Below, piece by piece: positions 1 through 9,710 of a stretch of 64,000 bases of DNA (position 1 is its first letter; every line of letters begins with the position of its first letter). The stretch is from positions 42,381 through 106,380 of IMG/VR virus record IMGVR_UViG_3300014205_000187; one strand, 5' to 3'. A program made the position numbers and the translations under genes. This DNA comes from a virus (Duplodnaviria; Caudoviricetes). Below the pieces are notes generated by a model. That model made no database searches. It was given only the letters and a program-made list of their open reading frames with translations, and was not told the origin of the DNA.

Positions 1-1
1 T

Positions 2-109
2 AGAGCCATTGAATCAATAGAACCGGCAGGCAAAGGTCTTTGTCAGTGTATTAAAGTTTCTGCTCCTGATGGATTGTTTGTGATAAATGACTGTATAGTA
101 ACCCATAAT
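2..109 (+). mobile_element. C-terminal end of an intein (blocks F/G) in helicase Walker A
   Basis: RAIESIEPAGKGLCQCIKVSAPDGLFVINDCIVTHN followed by +1 Thr (110-112), the expected Thr of the GKT motif. Confidence 0.9.
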
Positions 110-1561
110 ACCAGGGTAGCGATTCACTGGCTAGAATACCTCATAAAACGTAAACGCGCTCGTTTGGTTTATGTAGCAGCTCCTCTGACCGTTCTTCACG
201 TATGGGTTGAAAACTGGCATAAATGGGCTAAAAATCCTGTTGTATTTCTCGATCTGCATGAAACAGGTTCCGCAGGTCTCAAGATGGCGCAGAAATTAGC
301 TGACGAAGGCAATGTAGTTATTTGTCTAGTCAACTACGAAGCCTCCTGGCAGATAGGGTATAAATGGATTAAACACACCAGGGGAGATGAGACAGTCCGT
401 ATTCTCGAAAAAGTAGAAACCTCAATGTCTGATCTTCGCTGGGATGTTGGTATTCTTGATGAGTCTACAGCTATCAAAACACCAGGCTCCAAGGTCTCCA
501 AGTTTTTCAGACGCAAGATGGCTAAAAAGACTCGTTATAAGATGGTGATGACAGGCACAGCTTATACAAAACGGCCTTTAGATGTGTGGGCGCAAGTTAC
601 CTTTGCAACTGGAGATGAAGTTTTTCCTTCAGCATTTTTACCGTTCAAACTGGATTATTCTATCCCTCATCCTACTATTCGAGGAGCCACTATAGGTTAT
701 CGAAACCTAAAAGACATGGTAAAGAAACTGGCTCAGGTAGCTGTTTTATTGAAGAAAAAAGATGTCCTTGATCTGCCTCCTTTTGTCCATGAAACCAGAG
801 AAATTGAACTCTCTGCCCGATCTCGAAAGATATACGATGACTTAAAGGAAGACCAGGTGGCCGAGATCGAAGCTCTTATCGAAGAGTGGGACGCTTATAA
901 AGAAGGCCAGAAATTACTCGATTCTCTTGATGAAGATGCTTTAGCTGATGTTGTTATACCTGAGAAACCCAAAATAGTGACAGCGATGCACATTTTCACT
1001 TCGATACGAAAGCTCATACAGATAACCTCTGGTTTTGTGTACCCCGATGTCGATGATGATGAGCCAGAAGTAACTCCGGCTCCCGTGGTGCTCGGTAAAG
1101 AAAAACTGGATATAGTCCTGGACATTTTGGACAATAGAGATAGTCCAACAGTCATAGTTACACAGCTTGACCAGGAAGAAGTAATGCTGGCAGCAGCTAT
1201 AAAAAAGAAGTTTGGATACACTCCAAAAATCTTAAACGGTTCAGTGAAAAAAGCTGAAGCTCGATATAAAATGATTGCGTCTGCGGCTGAAGATCGTGCA
1301 TTTATCGTTAAAGAATCGGTAGGTGCAAAGGGTGTTGACATGTGTTTTGCGGACATGATAGTATTCTTCAGCCACACTTACGATACTGAAGATTATGAGC
1401 AAATGATGTCTCGTAATCATAGGGGTGTTCAAACAAAAAATGTAACCTACATGCACATCCTCTGCAAGAATACCATTGACGTAAAAATCATGCGTTCCCT
1501 CGAAAGAGACTTGAATCTGGCGGCATCCATCGAACGTGATTGGAGGCAGTTATTTGAGTAA
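2..1561 (+). CDS. SNF2-family (SF2) helicase, 5'-truncated by the window edge, intein-containing
   Basis: Frame open from base 2. Walker B ILDEST, motif III MTGT, C-terminal helicase motifs (GAKGVD, QMMSRNHR). The N-terminal part is an intein C-terminus ending IVTHN/T. Confidence 0.9.
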   Translation, partial: RAIESIEPAGKGLCQCIKVSAPDGLFVINDCIVTHNTRVAIHWLEYLIKRKRARLVYVAAPLTVLHVWVENWHKWAKNPVVFLDLHETGSAGLKMAQKLADEGNVVICLVNYEASWQIGYKWIKHTRGDETVRILEKVETSMSDLRWDVGILDESTAIKTPGSKVSKFFRRKMAKKTRYKMVMTGTAYTKRPLDVWAQVTFATGDEVFPSAFLPFKLDYSIPHPTIRGATIGYRNLKDMVKKLAQVAVLLKKKDVLDLPPFVHETREIELSARSRKIYDDLKEDQVAEIEALIEEWDAYKEGQKLLDSLDEDALADVVIPEKPKIVTAMHIFTSIRKLIQITSGFVYPDVDDDEPEVTPAPVVLGKEKLDIVLDILDNRDSPTVIVTQLDQEEVMLAAAIKKKFGYTPKILNGSVKKAEARYKMIASAAEDRAFIVKESVGAKGVDMCFADMIVFFSHTYDTEDYEQMMSRNHRGVQTKNVTYMHILCKNTIDVKIMRSLERDLNLAASIERDWRQLFE

Positions 1562-1811
1562 TTGTCCTGCCAAAATCACTATCGTTGACAATGATGGCAA
1601 CGAGTTCGAGTGTCCAGGTAGAGTTTACTTTAACGGTAAGATTCTATGTGTGCATAATGAACAGAGATTGCTTGTTGACCCTGAGTGGTATTACAAAAAA
1701 GACCCTAAACGATTGATGGTCTATAAAGTGGGAAAGTGGAGTATGTTTAGGATAAAATCGGTTTTTCTGGATAGTAAAGCTGTCCGTAAAACAGGCATAA
1801 ATACCAGGTGA
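1554..1811 (+). CDS. hypothetical protein
   Basis: ORF overlapping the helicase stop; start uncertain (TTG 1554 or 1536). Confidence 0.6.
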   Translation: MSNCPAKITIVDNDGNEFECPGRVYFNGKILCVHNEQRLLVDPEWYYKKDPKRLMVYKVGKWSMFRIKSVFLDSKAVRKTGINTR

Positions 1812-1836
1812 CAAGCCTGATCTTATGGCCTATAAT
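1808..1836 (+). promoter_or_regulatory. sigma70-like promoter
   Basis: GTGACA-N17-TATAAT upstream of AAGGAGG RBS and the 1879 ORF. Confidence 0.7.
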
Positions 1837-1878
1837 TTGTAATGGTGGATAATCACCAATAAGGAGGACACGATTAAG

Positions 1879-2892
1879 ATGAGTGAGGACAAGGTGCTGT
1901 TGAAACTTCCGTCCGCTCAAAAGATGGAGCAAATACGCGAGATTCTGGAGGATGATGAAGACTGGCGTTTTGGCCGTCCCAAGATAGACGGAAAAAAACC
2001 CAGGTTCGAGCTTCCGGCTCCTACAAAACAAGACCCGGACGAAGTGGAAATCGCCAAGTCATTCTACGGCGTGGTTCTGCTTGCTCGTAAAAACTTCTAC
2101 CAGTCCGAAGAGGACAAGGAGAAGGGTAACGAGCCGAAGGAGAAACGGGCACTTTATATCCTTCGTGCCGGAAAGTATATGCCGGAACTGCTGTACGTCA
2201 GCCCGACTGCACTTCGCAATTGGAAGTTCTTCGCCAAAGAATGTCGTGATCGAGGCATCGATTACTTCAGCGTTATGTGCGAGTTCGCTGCCGAACAGGT
2301 CACAGGCAAAGCCAACGGTTATACCTGGTCGAAGCCTACGTTCAAAATCTCTCGAACTTTGACCGAAGATGAACTGGCTCACGTCATGGACATCAGAGAA
2401 TTGGTTCTCGGTAGAGTCAAGGAGTATGAGGACAACTCAGAACTCGACAAAGCCGAGGATGAGGCTCTCTCTGTGGACAGAGTTCGCAAGGATGATGAGG
2501 ACGATCAGGAAACGCATTCCAAGAAGTCTCGGGGCCACGTTGAGGATGATGACGATACCCCGCCTGCGCCGGTCAAAAAGAAGAAGAAACCGGCTGACGA
2601 CGAAGACGAGGAAGAAGAGAAGCCCAAGAAGAAGCGCAAGCCCGTCGAGGATGACGAGGACGAAGAGGAAGAAAAACCCAAAAAGAAGAAAAAGCCCGTA
2701 GAGGACGACGAGGACGAGGAAGAGGAAAAGCCCAAGAAAAAGAAAAAGCCTGTCGAGGATGACGAGGACGAAGAGGAAGAAAAACCCAAAAAGTCCAAAG
2801 GCAGGGCTGGCTATCCCGACCTCGATGACGACGAGGATGAAGAGCTGACAAAGCCCAAGAAAAAGAGTAAGTCTGTCGAAGACGACGACTGA
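1879..2892 (+). CDS. putative ssDNA-binding/annealing protein with long charge-segregated C-terminal tail
   Basis: Strong RBS and promoter; globular N-terminus, then Lys/Asp/Glu repeats and an acidic C-terminus; lies between helicase and polymerase. Function inferred from context. Confidence 0.45.
   Translation: MSEDKVLLKLPSAQKMEQIREILEDDEDWRFGRPKIDGKKPRFELPAPTKQDPDEVEIAKSFYGVVLLARKNFYQSEEDKEKGNEPKEKRALYILRAGKYMPELLYVSPTALRNWKFFAKECRDRGIDYFSVMCEFAAEQVTGKANGYTWSKPTFKISRTLTEDELAHVMDIRELVLGRVKEYEDNSELDKAEDEALSVDRVRKDDEDDQETHSKKSRGHVEDDDDTPPAPVKKKKKPADDEDEEEEKPKKKRKPVEDDEDEEEEKPKKKKKPVEDDEDEEEEKPKKKKKPVEDDEDEEEEKPKKSKGRAGYPDLDDDEDEELTKPKKKSKSVEDDD
2575..2795 (+). repeat. coding tandem repeat of KKKKKPVEDDEDEEEEKP-type units (about 4 copies)
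   Basis: Visible directly in protein and DNA. Confidence 0.9.
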
Positions 2893-2986
2893 TACCCTCG
2901 CTCGATTTGAGTTCCGATTGGCCTGGAGTGGTAGTAAAATTATGCTCCAGGCCGCTTTTCATTCTTATAGATAGGGTTGTTTATTT

Positions 2987-5596
2987 ATGCGTAATCCAGA
3001 ATGTGATCGATGTTCGTTCGGCTTAAATAGTCCCAAAGTTCCCAGGCATATATGTTTAATGCCTGCGGTCAAAGATATTCCTGAAGTAGAAGTAGTCCTT
3101 GTAGCCGAACAGCCTCCTATGCAGGATGACACGTATGGTCGCATATTCTCTGGAAAAGGTCTGACCGAAATACGCACTTTTTTCGATCAGAATAATATAC
3201 CTACTTATTGCACTTTCGCTTTGAAATGTGCCCGTCCCAATAAGGACACCAAACCTGAAGGAAAACATGTAAAGGTTTGCGCTCATGGCTACAATTCAGC
3301 AACCAAAAAAATCGACCAAGAAGGGTATTTATCTCAAGAACTCCAGCACGTCAAGCCCAAGCACATTATCACTTTCGGCAGTAACGCCCATTATGGAGCT
3401 ACAGGTAAAAAGTGCGCGGCTGAAAAGTTTGGTGGTCGTTACTTTGATGAGCGACTTAACGCATATATCTACCCTACTGTCCATTGGATTCAGACGCTTT
3501 ATAATCAGCAAGTCAAAGACCAGATGTGGGCGCATTTGCGTCAATTCGTGGATTGGATTAACGGAGAAACTGAAGATGTGGGCTTCAGTCCACGAGTCAT
3601 CGTGGCAGACTCACTCAAGTCGCTTCGTGCTGTACGAAAAAGAATTAGGGCCGCTGGAGGAGTGGTGGCCGTGGACACGGAAACTGACGGCCTTAATCCA
3701 TTCCTTGAAAACAAGCATGTCCGGTCTATTCAGTTTTGTTGGGACCCCGATTTTGGTGGTGTATTCGTTCCTCTTATGGTTGGGGAGAACTGCTATTACA
3801 CTGACCAGGATAACCCGGCTGAGTTCTGGACTGAAGAATCCCTCGAAGAAGCTGTAGACATCATCAGAGACATCTTAGCGGAGAGCCAGTGCATCTGGCA
3901 TAATGGAAAGTTTGATCGATTATGGCTGCATGAGTGGGGTAAACGAGAGTTTGATAAACCCATAGAAGCTCCCAACATATACATGGATACGATGCACGTT
4001 GCTCATCTTATCAACGAGAATCGTATCCTCAAACTCAAAGTGCTCATAACCTCGGAACTTGGTTATCCAACTTACGACATCGCAAACAAACTCACCAAAA
4101 ATATGGATGAGTTGATACCTTATGCTGCGCGTGATACCGTGGCAACTCTTTTACTGGCTCAAAAATATGTAGGTATCTTAAAAGATTCTGATAAAAAGAA
4201 ACTGAGACGACTCTATGCCAAGCTCATCCGAAAAATGGATGGGCTATTCACTAAGATGGAGCTTCGAGGCTGGCCGGTTCACAAAAAGACTGTAGTGAGA
4301 CTTCTGGAGGCCATAGACACTGAAGTAGAGCGTGTAGAGAAAGAACTCTATGATATTCTGGAAAAAGAGGGCATAGAAGTTCCTGACAAAGCATTCAGCA
4401 GTCCTCAAAAGATGGCTCGTATTCTCTTCGATGATTTGAAGTATCCGCTCAATCCCGATAAACGAATAGCCTACACTCCTACCAAAACTCGATCTACAAA
4501 AAGCGATGCTCTCATCCATCTCAAAGGAAGACCCTTCGTTGACAAGTTTTTAGAGTGGCGTGGTCTTATGAAAACACGGTCAACGTATGTTGAACCTATG
4601 CTGATGTTTGCTGAGAGTCGAGGTCGAATAAGCACCAGTTATAGACTTACTGGAGCTGTGACAGGTCGCACAGCGTCCGGCAAAGAGAGTCAGGAATCCT
4701 CCACCAGCAGCAAAAAAGATAAAAGTGGAATGAACCTACAAAATCTCAATTACTCAGTTTATGGGCCTGAAAAACTCTCTGTAAAGCACTGCATACGCGC
4801 ACGAAAAGGATGGTCAATAGTCGAGGTAGACCTGTCTCAAATAGAACTTCGTATTACGGGTGAAGTGTCGAAAGACCCTCTTTTCTTACGATCATATCAG
4901 GAAGGTAAAGACATTCATGCGATTCGTGCTATGAGGATTCTCCACTTAGATGAAGATGGTTGGGCTGCGCTTCCTAAAGCAGATCAGAAAAAAGCCAGAG
5001 GAAATGCCAAGCCGGTCAACTTTGGATTTATATATGGGATGCAGGCTGCCAAGTTCAAAGTATACGCTCTTACCGATTATGGCGTAGACTTTTCTATGGC
5101 TGAATGCAATCAAATTAGAAACAAGTTTTTTGCTGACCACACCGGCCTGGAGCCGTGGTATGGAAAACAAGAACGTGAAGCTATACGGTTGGGGTATGTG
5201 GAGAGTTTATCTGGTCGGCGGCGACATCTACCGAATATCAAGCTAGACCCTGATACCGGCAGAGAAGCACGAGCCAAATACAATGAAGCAATTCGTATGG
5301 CTGTCAATACACCTGTTCAAGGTTTTGCCAGCGATCTTAAACTAATGAGTCTTATTGAGGTGGACAGCTTTTTAGATGAGGAATGGGGGTATCTGTTTGG
5401 CGAGGTTCACGACTCTATTCTTCTTGAAGTTCGAGATGATAAGGTAGATGAGACAGTAAGAAAAACCCTCAAAGTGATGGAACATCCAAGAATACTGGAT
5501 GAACTGGGTATCACTCTTACCGTGCCGATATGCGCCGAGGCTAAAGTTGGTGTAAGTCTCGCTGAAGCCAAGGAGTATGTTCCCAATGGCTCTTGA
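2987..5596 (+). CDS. polA: family A DNA polymerase with N-terminal uracil-DNA-glycosylase-like domain and 3'-5' exonuclease
   Basis: Exo motifs VDTET, HNGKFD, YAARD; polymerase motifs DLSQIELR, KPVNFGFIYG, VHDSILLE; N-terminal CxxC, AEQP, LKCARP resembling family-4 UDG. Confidence 0.95.
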   Translation: MRNPECDRCSFGLNSPKVPRHICLMPAVKDIPEVEVVLVAEQPPMQDDTYGRIFSGKGLTEIRTFFDQNNIPTYCTFALKCARPNKDTKPEGKHVKVCAHGYNSATKKIDQEGYLSQELQHVKPKHIITFGSNAHYGATGKKCAAEKFGGRYFDERLNAYIYPTVHWIQTLYNQQVKDQMWAHLRQFVDWINGETEDVGFSPRVIVADSLKSLRAVRKRIRAAGGVVAVDTETDGLNPFLENKHVRSIQFCWDPDFGGVFVPLMVGENCYYTDQDNPAEFWTEESLEEAVDIIRDILAESQCIWHNGKFDRLWLHEWGKREFDKPIEAPNIYMDTMHVAHLINENRILKLKVLITSELGYPTYDIANKLTKNMDELIPYAARDTVATLLLAQKYVGILKDSDKKKLRRLYAKLIRKMDGLFTKMELRGWPVHKKTVVRLLEAIDTEVERVEKELYDILEKEGIEVPDKAFSSPQKMARILFDDLKYPLNPDKRIAYTPTKTRSTKSDALIHLKGRPFVDKFLEWRGLMKTRSTYVEPMLMFAESRGRISTSYRLTGAVTGRTASGKESQESSTSSKKDKSGMNLQNLNYSVYGPEKLSVKHCIRARKGWSIVEVDLSQIELRITGEVSKDPLFLRSYQEGKDIHAIRAMRILHLDEDGWAALPKADQKKARGNAKPVNFGFIYGMQAAKFKVYALTDYGVDFSMAECNQIRNKFFADHTGLEPWYGKQEREAIRLGYVESLSGRRRHLPNIKLDPDTGREARAKYNEAIRMAVNTPVQGFASDLKLMSLIEVDSFLDEEWGYLFGEVHDSILLEVRDDKVDETVRKTLKVMEHPRILDELGITLTVPICAEAKVGVSLAEAKEYVPNGS

Positions 5597-5897
5597 AAGC
5601 AGCGTTCGCGCCCTTATAATAGCCTATCTAAAGCATCTCAAGTATTGCACTTTTGATACTATCTGCGGAAACGAGTTTCAAAAAAGTGTTCCAGACATCC
5701 TGGTTTGTTACAAAGGAAGATACATAGGGCTGGAACTTAAAGCTCCTGATGGTAGTTTGAGGCCAGGACAAAGAATAAAACTTCGTAGAATACAAAAAGC
5801 ACAAGGAATAGGTGAAGGAGTAAGAACTCTTGCCAAAGTCAAAAAAATCATCGCCTGCATCGACGAAGGTAGACCGTGGGAAAACACCATCTACTAA
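5586..5897 (+). CDS. VRR-NUC domain nuclease
   Basis: VPDILVCYKGRYIGLELKAPDGSLRPGQ signature. Confidence 0.85.
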   Translation: MALESSVRALIIAYLKHLKYCTFDTICGNEFQKSVPDILVCYKGRYIGLELKAPDGSLRPGQRIKLRRIQKAQGIGEGVRTLAKVKKIIACIDEGRPWENTIY

Positions 5898-6711
5898 AAA
5901 AGTTGAGATATTCCATTTAGGGTATTCCAGAGTAGCTCAGTTTGAAGACTGTCCTAGAGCATTCAAGTATACCTATATAGACGGTCTACGTACTCCTGGA
6001 AGTATGGCTATGCGTCGAGGAAATGCTTACCACGCTGCTCTTGAGTTCCTACTTCAATGGAAGATTGACCATAAGGGTCAGTTATTTCCTCTCGAAAGAG
6101 CGGACAAACTAGCCATTCGTTGTGCCAAAAAAGAAAAGCTCACCGACGCCGAAATCTACCGTGTCATAGATGCTGTTCGTTTTTACCACTCTGAGATGTA
6201 TGCTCAACATAATCCGCTTTGTGTAGAAGAGTCTTTCAAGATTGTTCGGGGCGGCATCGAAATCACCGGCAGAATCGACCTTATTCAAGAGATGCATGGT
6301 AAACTGTGGGTTATTGACCACAAGTTCAGCTACGATAAATGGGCCGAACCCAGAGCCAAATACGGCTGTCAGCCTATCATATATCAGTGGGCTGCTCTCG
6401 ATTATTTGTGTGATCGATACGGTATGGAGTTTGGGGGTTTTGCTTACAACATTATTCGATTATTCCCTTCACCACTTATTCAGGTAATCGAGATCGAAAA
6501 AATACCTCAATGGGAATCTGATTGGTGGGAAGAACAAATCGAAGCAACAGCCAAAGTTATTCAGGCAGGCTATCTTCCAGCCAGACCAGGAGACAAACAA
6601 TGTTCCTGGTGCGGTCACAAAGAACTCTGCCAACCGGCTATATATAAAATAAAGCTCTCAGATCAGGGTGTAGTTGAGAGCACAGACATTATGGATTTTG
6701 AGGATTGCTAA
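5830..6711 (+). CDS. PD-(D/E)XK (RecB/Cas4-like) exonuclease
   Basis: YSR..FEDCPR, RGNAYH, GRIDL..IDHK, C-terminal CSWC..C; true start uncertain. Confidence 0.85.
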   Translation: MPKSKKSSPASTKVDRGKTPSTKKVEIFHLGYSRVAQFEDCPRAFKYTYIDGLRTPGSMAMRRGNAYHAALEFLLQWKIDHKGQLFPLERADKLAIRCAKKEKLTDAEIYRVIDAVRFYHSEMYAQHNPLCVEESFKIVRGGIEITGRIDLIQEMHGKLWVIDHKFSYDKWAEPRAKYGCQPIIYQWAALDYLCDRYGMEFGGFAYNIIRLFPSPLIQVIEIEKIPQWESDWWEEQIEATAKVIQAGYLPARPGDKQCSWCGHKELCQPAIYKIKLSDQGVVESTDIMDFEDC

Positions 6712-6712
6712 C

Positions 6713-9133
6713 ATGCCTTATACAAAACAAGAAGCATTAGAAGCCAGCTTGACTTACTTTGAGGGTGATGAGCTGGCAGCAAAAGCATTCGTGGACAAGT
6801 ATGCTCTGCATGAAAATGACATGTATTTTGAGCGTACACCAAACGAAATGCACTGGAGATTGGCTAATGAGTTCGCTCGAATTGAGCGCAACTACCCGAA
6901 TCCTTTAAGCGGTGTGGATATTTTCCAAGCTCTCAAAGGATTCAAAAAAATAGTACCGGGCGGTTCTCCGATGTCGGGCATAGGAAATCGTCACGCAGTT
7001 ATTAGTCTATCTAACTGTGTAGCTGTTGAAAGTCCTAATGACACTCTTTCCTCGATCTACGCTAAAGGTAGAGACCTGGCTAACCTGTTCAAACGACGCT
7101 GTGGAGCAGGCATAGACATCACCACACTGCGTCCAGACGGCTCTCCAGTATCCAACTCGGCTAAGACCTCGACGGGAGCCTGGTCATTTGCTGACCTGTA
7201 TTCATATATAGCAAAACACACGGCTCAACAAGGTCGTCGGGGTGCTTTGATGATAACCCTGGATGTCAGCCATCCTGACATATACAAGTTCGTTACCATG
7301 AAAGCTGATATGAAATGTGTTACCGGAGCCAACATATCGGTTATGATAACTGACGCATTTATGAAAGCGGTCAAGGCCGACGATTGGTGGTTCCTTCAGT
7401 TTAGACCCAGTGCAATAGAAGAAACGATGAGACCTGACGGCACGTTAAAGTTTCCTATCAGCAAGGTCAAAGCGCGAGAGCTGTGGAATCTGATCTGCAA
7501 AACAGCCACCGAAACAGCCGAACCAGGAATCATTTTCATCGATAATTACCGGCGTAATCTTCCTCTTGATTACTATCCAGAGTTCAAATCTGTCTGCGTC
7601 AATCCATGCTCCGAGATACTCTTATCAGCTTACGACTCCTGCCGTCTGCTTTCCCAGAACCTTAGAGGATTTGTCATCAATCCTTTCACTCCCGAAGCCA
7701 ACATAGATATAATAGACTTCAAAAAGCATGTCCATATAGCTATGAGGCTCCTGGATGATCTGGTTGATCTGGAGATAGAGTGTCTTCAAAACATAGTAAA
7801 AAGAGCAGACACCGAAGATGAGCGTATTTTATTCGGTAAAATGGAAAATGCTGCTCAAAGAGGTCGTAGAACTGGTCTTGGAACTCATGGTCTGGCTGAC
7901 ACTCTTGCTGCTTTGAATCTACGATACGATGATTCAGGCACAGCCAGAGATGTCATTCGAGAACTCTACGCTATGTCCAGAAACGAAGCATATAGAGCAA
8001 GTATTCAACTTGCTGTTGAACGTGGAGCTTTCCCTGCTTTTGATTGGGAAGTGGAAAAAGATTGTCCGTTCATCACGCAGTTACCCGAAGATATATACGA
8101 TATGATGAAGCATTGTGGCCGGAGAAATGGCGCACTTCTCACAAATGCTCCGACCGGCACAGTTTCGATAATGAGTCAAACATCATCAGGCATAGAGCCT
8201 GTATTCGATAACTATTATATGCGAAGACGCAAAGTAGCTGAGTCTGATGGCTACGATTTTAGAGGAGAAGATGGAGAATACTACCAGAACTATCAGGTAG
8301 CCAACCATAACCTCCAGCAATACTTCGATATTACGGGCAAGACCGAGATTCCTGATTTATTCGTAACAGCCAACGATATTGACTGGCATGAAAGAGTCAA
8401 GATTCAAGGTATAATACAGGAATACATCGACCACGGTATATCGTCCACTATCAATCTGCCCCGAGGTACGGAAGTAGGGATAGTCCAACAGCTTTATGAA
8501 GAGGCGCATGAGTGCGGTCTCAAAGGACTCACAGTTTACGTGGACGGCTCCAGAGATGGAATCCTGGTTCGTAATCCCGTTAAAGAAGAGGACTGGAGTA
8601 TCAGACCTGAAGTGCTTCCTTGTGAGATATTCCATGCCAATGTTCAACGTGGAGGAGAAACTGAACAGTTTATCATTCTGGTCACTACCAGAGATTCCCT
8701 GCCGTATGAGGTCTTCGGAGGCAAAGCTGAGTTCCTCGATCTGCCAAAATCTTATCAATATGGAAAGATGACTAAGATCGCAAGCAAACCAAAAAATCGA
8801 TATGAACTCGAAGCTATCAATGGCGGGGAACCTGTCATAGTTCGAGATATTGGAATAGCGTTCAGAAACAATGAATACTCAGTTGTAAGTCGTCTCGCTA
8901 CTATGGCTCTACGCAGTCGAACATCTGTGATAAAAGTTGTAGATCAGCTTCTCAAGGAGCCTGATTCCAACCTTTTCACGTATACGAAGGTCATAGCCAG
9001 GGTGCTGAAAAAATATATCACTGAGGGAGAGCGGTCTTCTTTACGCTGCCCTGAGTGTGACTCCAAAGATTCTCTCAGATTTCAGGAGGGTTGTTTCGTG
9101 TGTACAAATTGCGGGTTTACGGGGTGCTCATAA
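6713..9133 (+). CDS. nrdJ: class II (adenosylcobalamin-dependent) ribonucleotide reductase
   Basis: LSNC, RRGALM, GANISV, NPCSE, APTGTVS, ISSTINLP, KGLTVY, C-terminal CxxC..CxxC; no beta-subunit gene nearby. Confidence 0.92.
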   Translation: MPYTKQEALEASLTYFEGDELAAKAFVDKYALHENDMYFERTPNEMHWRLANEFARIERNYPNPLSGVDIFQALKGFKKIVPGGSPMSGIGNRHAVISLSNCVAVESPNDTLSSIYAKGRDLANLFKRRCGAGIDITTLRPDGSPVSNSAKTSTGAWSFADLYSYIAKHTAQQGRRGALMITLDVSHPDIYKFVTMKADMKCVTGANISVMITDAFMKAVKADDWWFLQFRPSAIEETMRPDGTLKFPISKVKARELWNLICKTATETAEPGIIFIDNYRRNLPLDYYPEFKSVCVNPCSEILLSAYDSCRLLSQNLRGFVINPFTPEANIDIIDFKKHVHIAMRLLDDLVDLEIECLQNIVKRADTEDERILFGKMENAAQRGRRTGLGTHGLADTLAALNLRYDDSGTARDVIRELYAMSRNEAYRASIQLAVERGAFPAFDWEVEKDCPFITQLPEDIYDMMKHCGRRNGALLTNAPTGTVSIMSQTSSGIEPVFDNYYMRRRKVAESDGYDFRGEDGEYYQNYQVANHNLQQYFDITGKTEIPDLFVTANDIDWHERVKIQGIIQEYIDHGISSTINLPRGTEVGIVQQLYEEAHECGLKGLTVYVDGSRDGILVRNPVKEEDWSIRPEVLPCEIFHANVQRGGETEQFIILVTTRDSLPYEVFGGKAEFLDLPKSYQYGKMTKIASKPKNRYELEAINGGEPVIVRDIGIAFRNNEYSVVSRLATMALRSRTSVIKVVDQLLKEPDSNLFTYTKVIARVLKKYITEGERSSLRCPECDSKDSLRFQEGCFVCTNCGFTGCS

Positions 9134-9134
9134 A

Positions 9135-9710
9135 ATGCCGTTAATTATTGGAATTGCAGGTAAAAAACGCTCAGGAAAAGACACTGTGGCGCAGATGATT
9201 ATCGACAACGCGCAAATGGTCGGAGTCAAAGCTGTGCGTCGTGCAATGGCTGATCTGCTCAAAGAAGAGTGTGCCTCGCTGGTGTCCTCTACAACTGGCA
9301 GAGATTATAAAACAGTTCTCGAAGAGATGTATCGAGACGAAACCAAAGAACGGTATCGCTTATTACTCCAATTTTGGGGGACCGAACTTCGCCGGGAAAT
9401 GTGCGACAAAGATTATTGGGTCAATGCCATGAACCTTTGGATAGCACGTAACTGTGGTCCTCAGCAGATTGTGGTCATTCCAGACATTCGATTCCCCAAT
9501 GAGATTGAACTCGTTAATCTGCTGAATGGCTATAACTTCCTGGTTTTTCGTCCGGGGCTTGAAAACTTCGATACGCACATCTCGGAAACAGCTTTGGACG
9601 ATTATACTGCGTGGGCGGGGACGTTCATGAATGACCAGGGACTTCCTGAGCTGGAGAAACTGGTCAGAGTTACTCTGGTTGATTTGATTGATCGTGTCTG
9701 GGGTCATTAA
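9135..9710 (+). CDS. deoxynucleoside monophosphate kinase
   Basis: GKKRSGKDT P-loop, RLLLQFWGTE, PDIRFPNE, HISE. Confidence 0.9.
   Translation: MPLIIGIAGKKRSGKDTVAQMIIDNAQMVGVKAVRRAMADLLKEECASLVSSTTGRDYKTVLEEMYRDETKERYRLLLQFWGTELRREMCDKDYWVNAMNLWIARNCGPQQIVVIPDIRFPNEIELVNLLNGYNFLVFRPGLENFDTHISETALDDYTAWAGTFMNDQGLPELEKLVRVTLVDLIDRVWGH

Noticed and set aside
2369-2962. Poly-Ser/Phe and Arg-rich alternative-frame ORFs
   Set aside because: Artefacts of the Lys/Glu/Asp repeat.
5830-6711. Cas4 as part of a CRISPR system
   Set aside because: A solo PD-(D/E)XK nuclease in a replication module, with no array or other cas genes.
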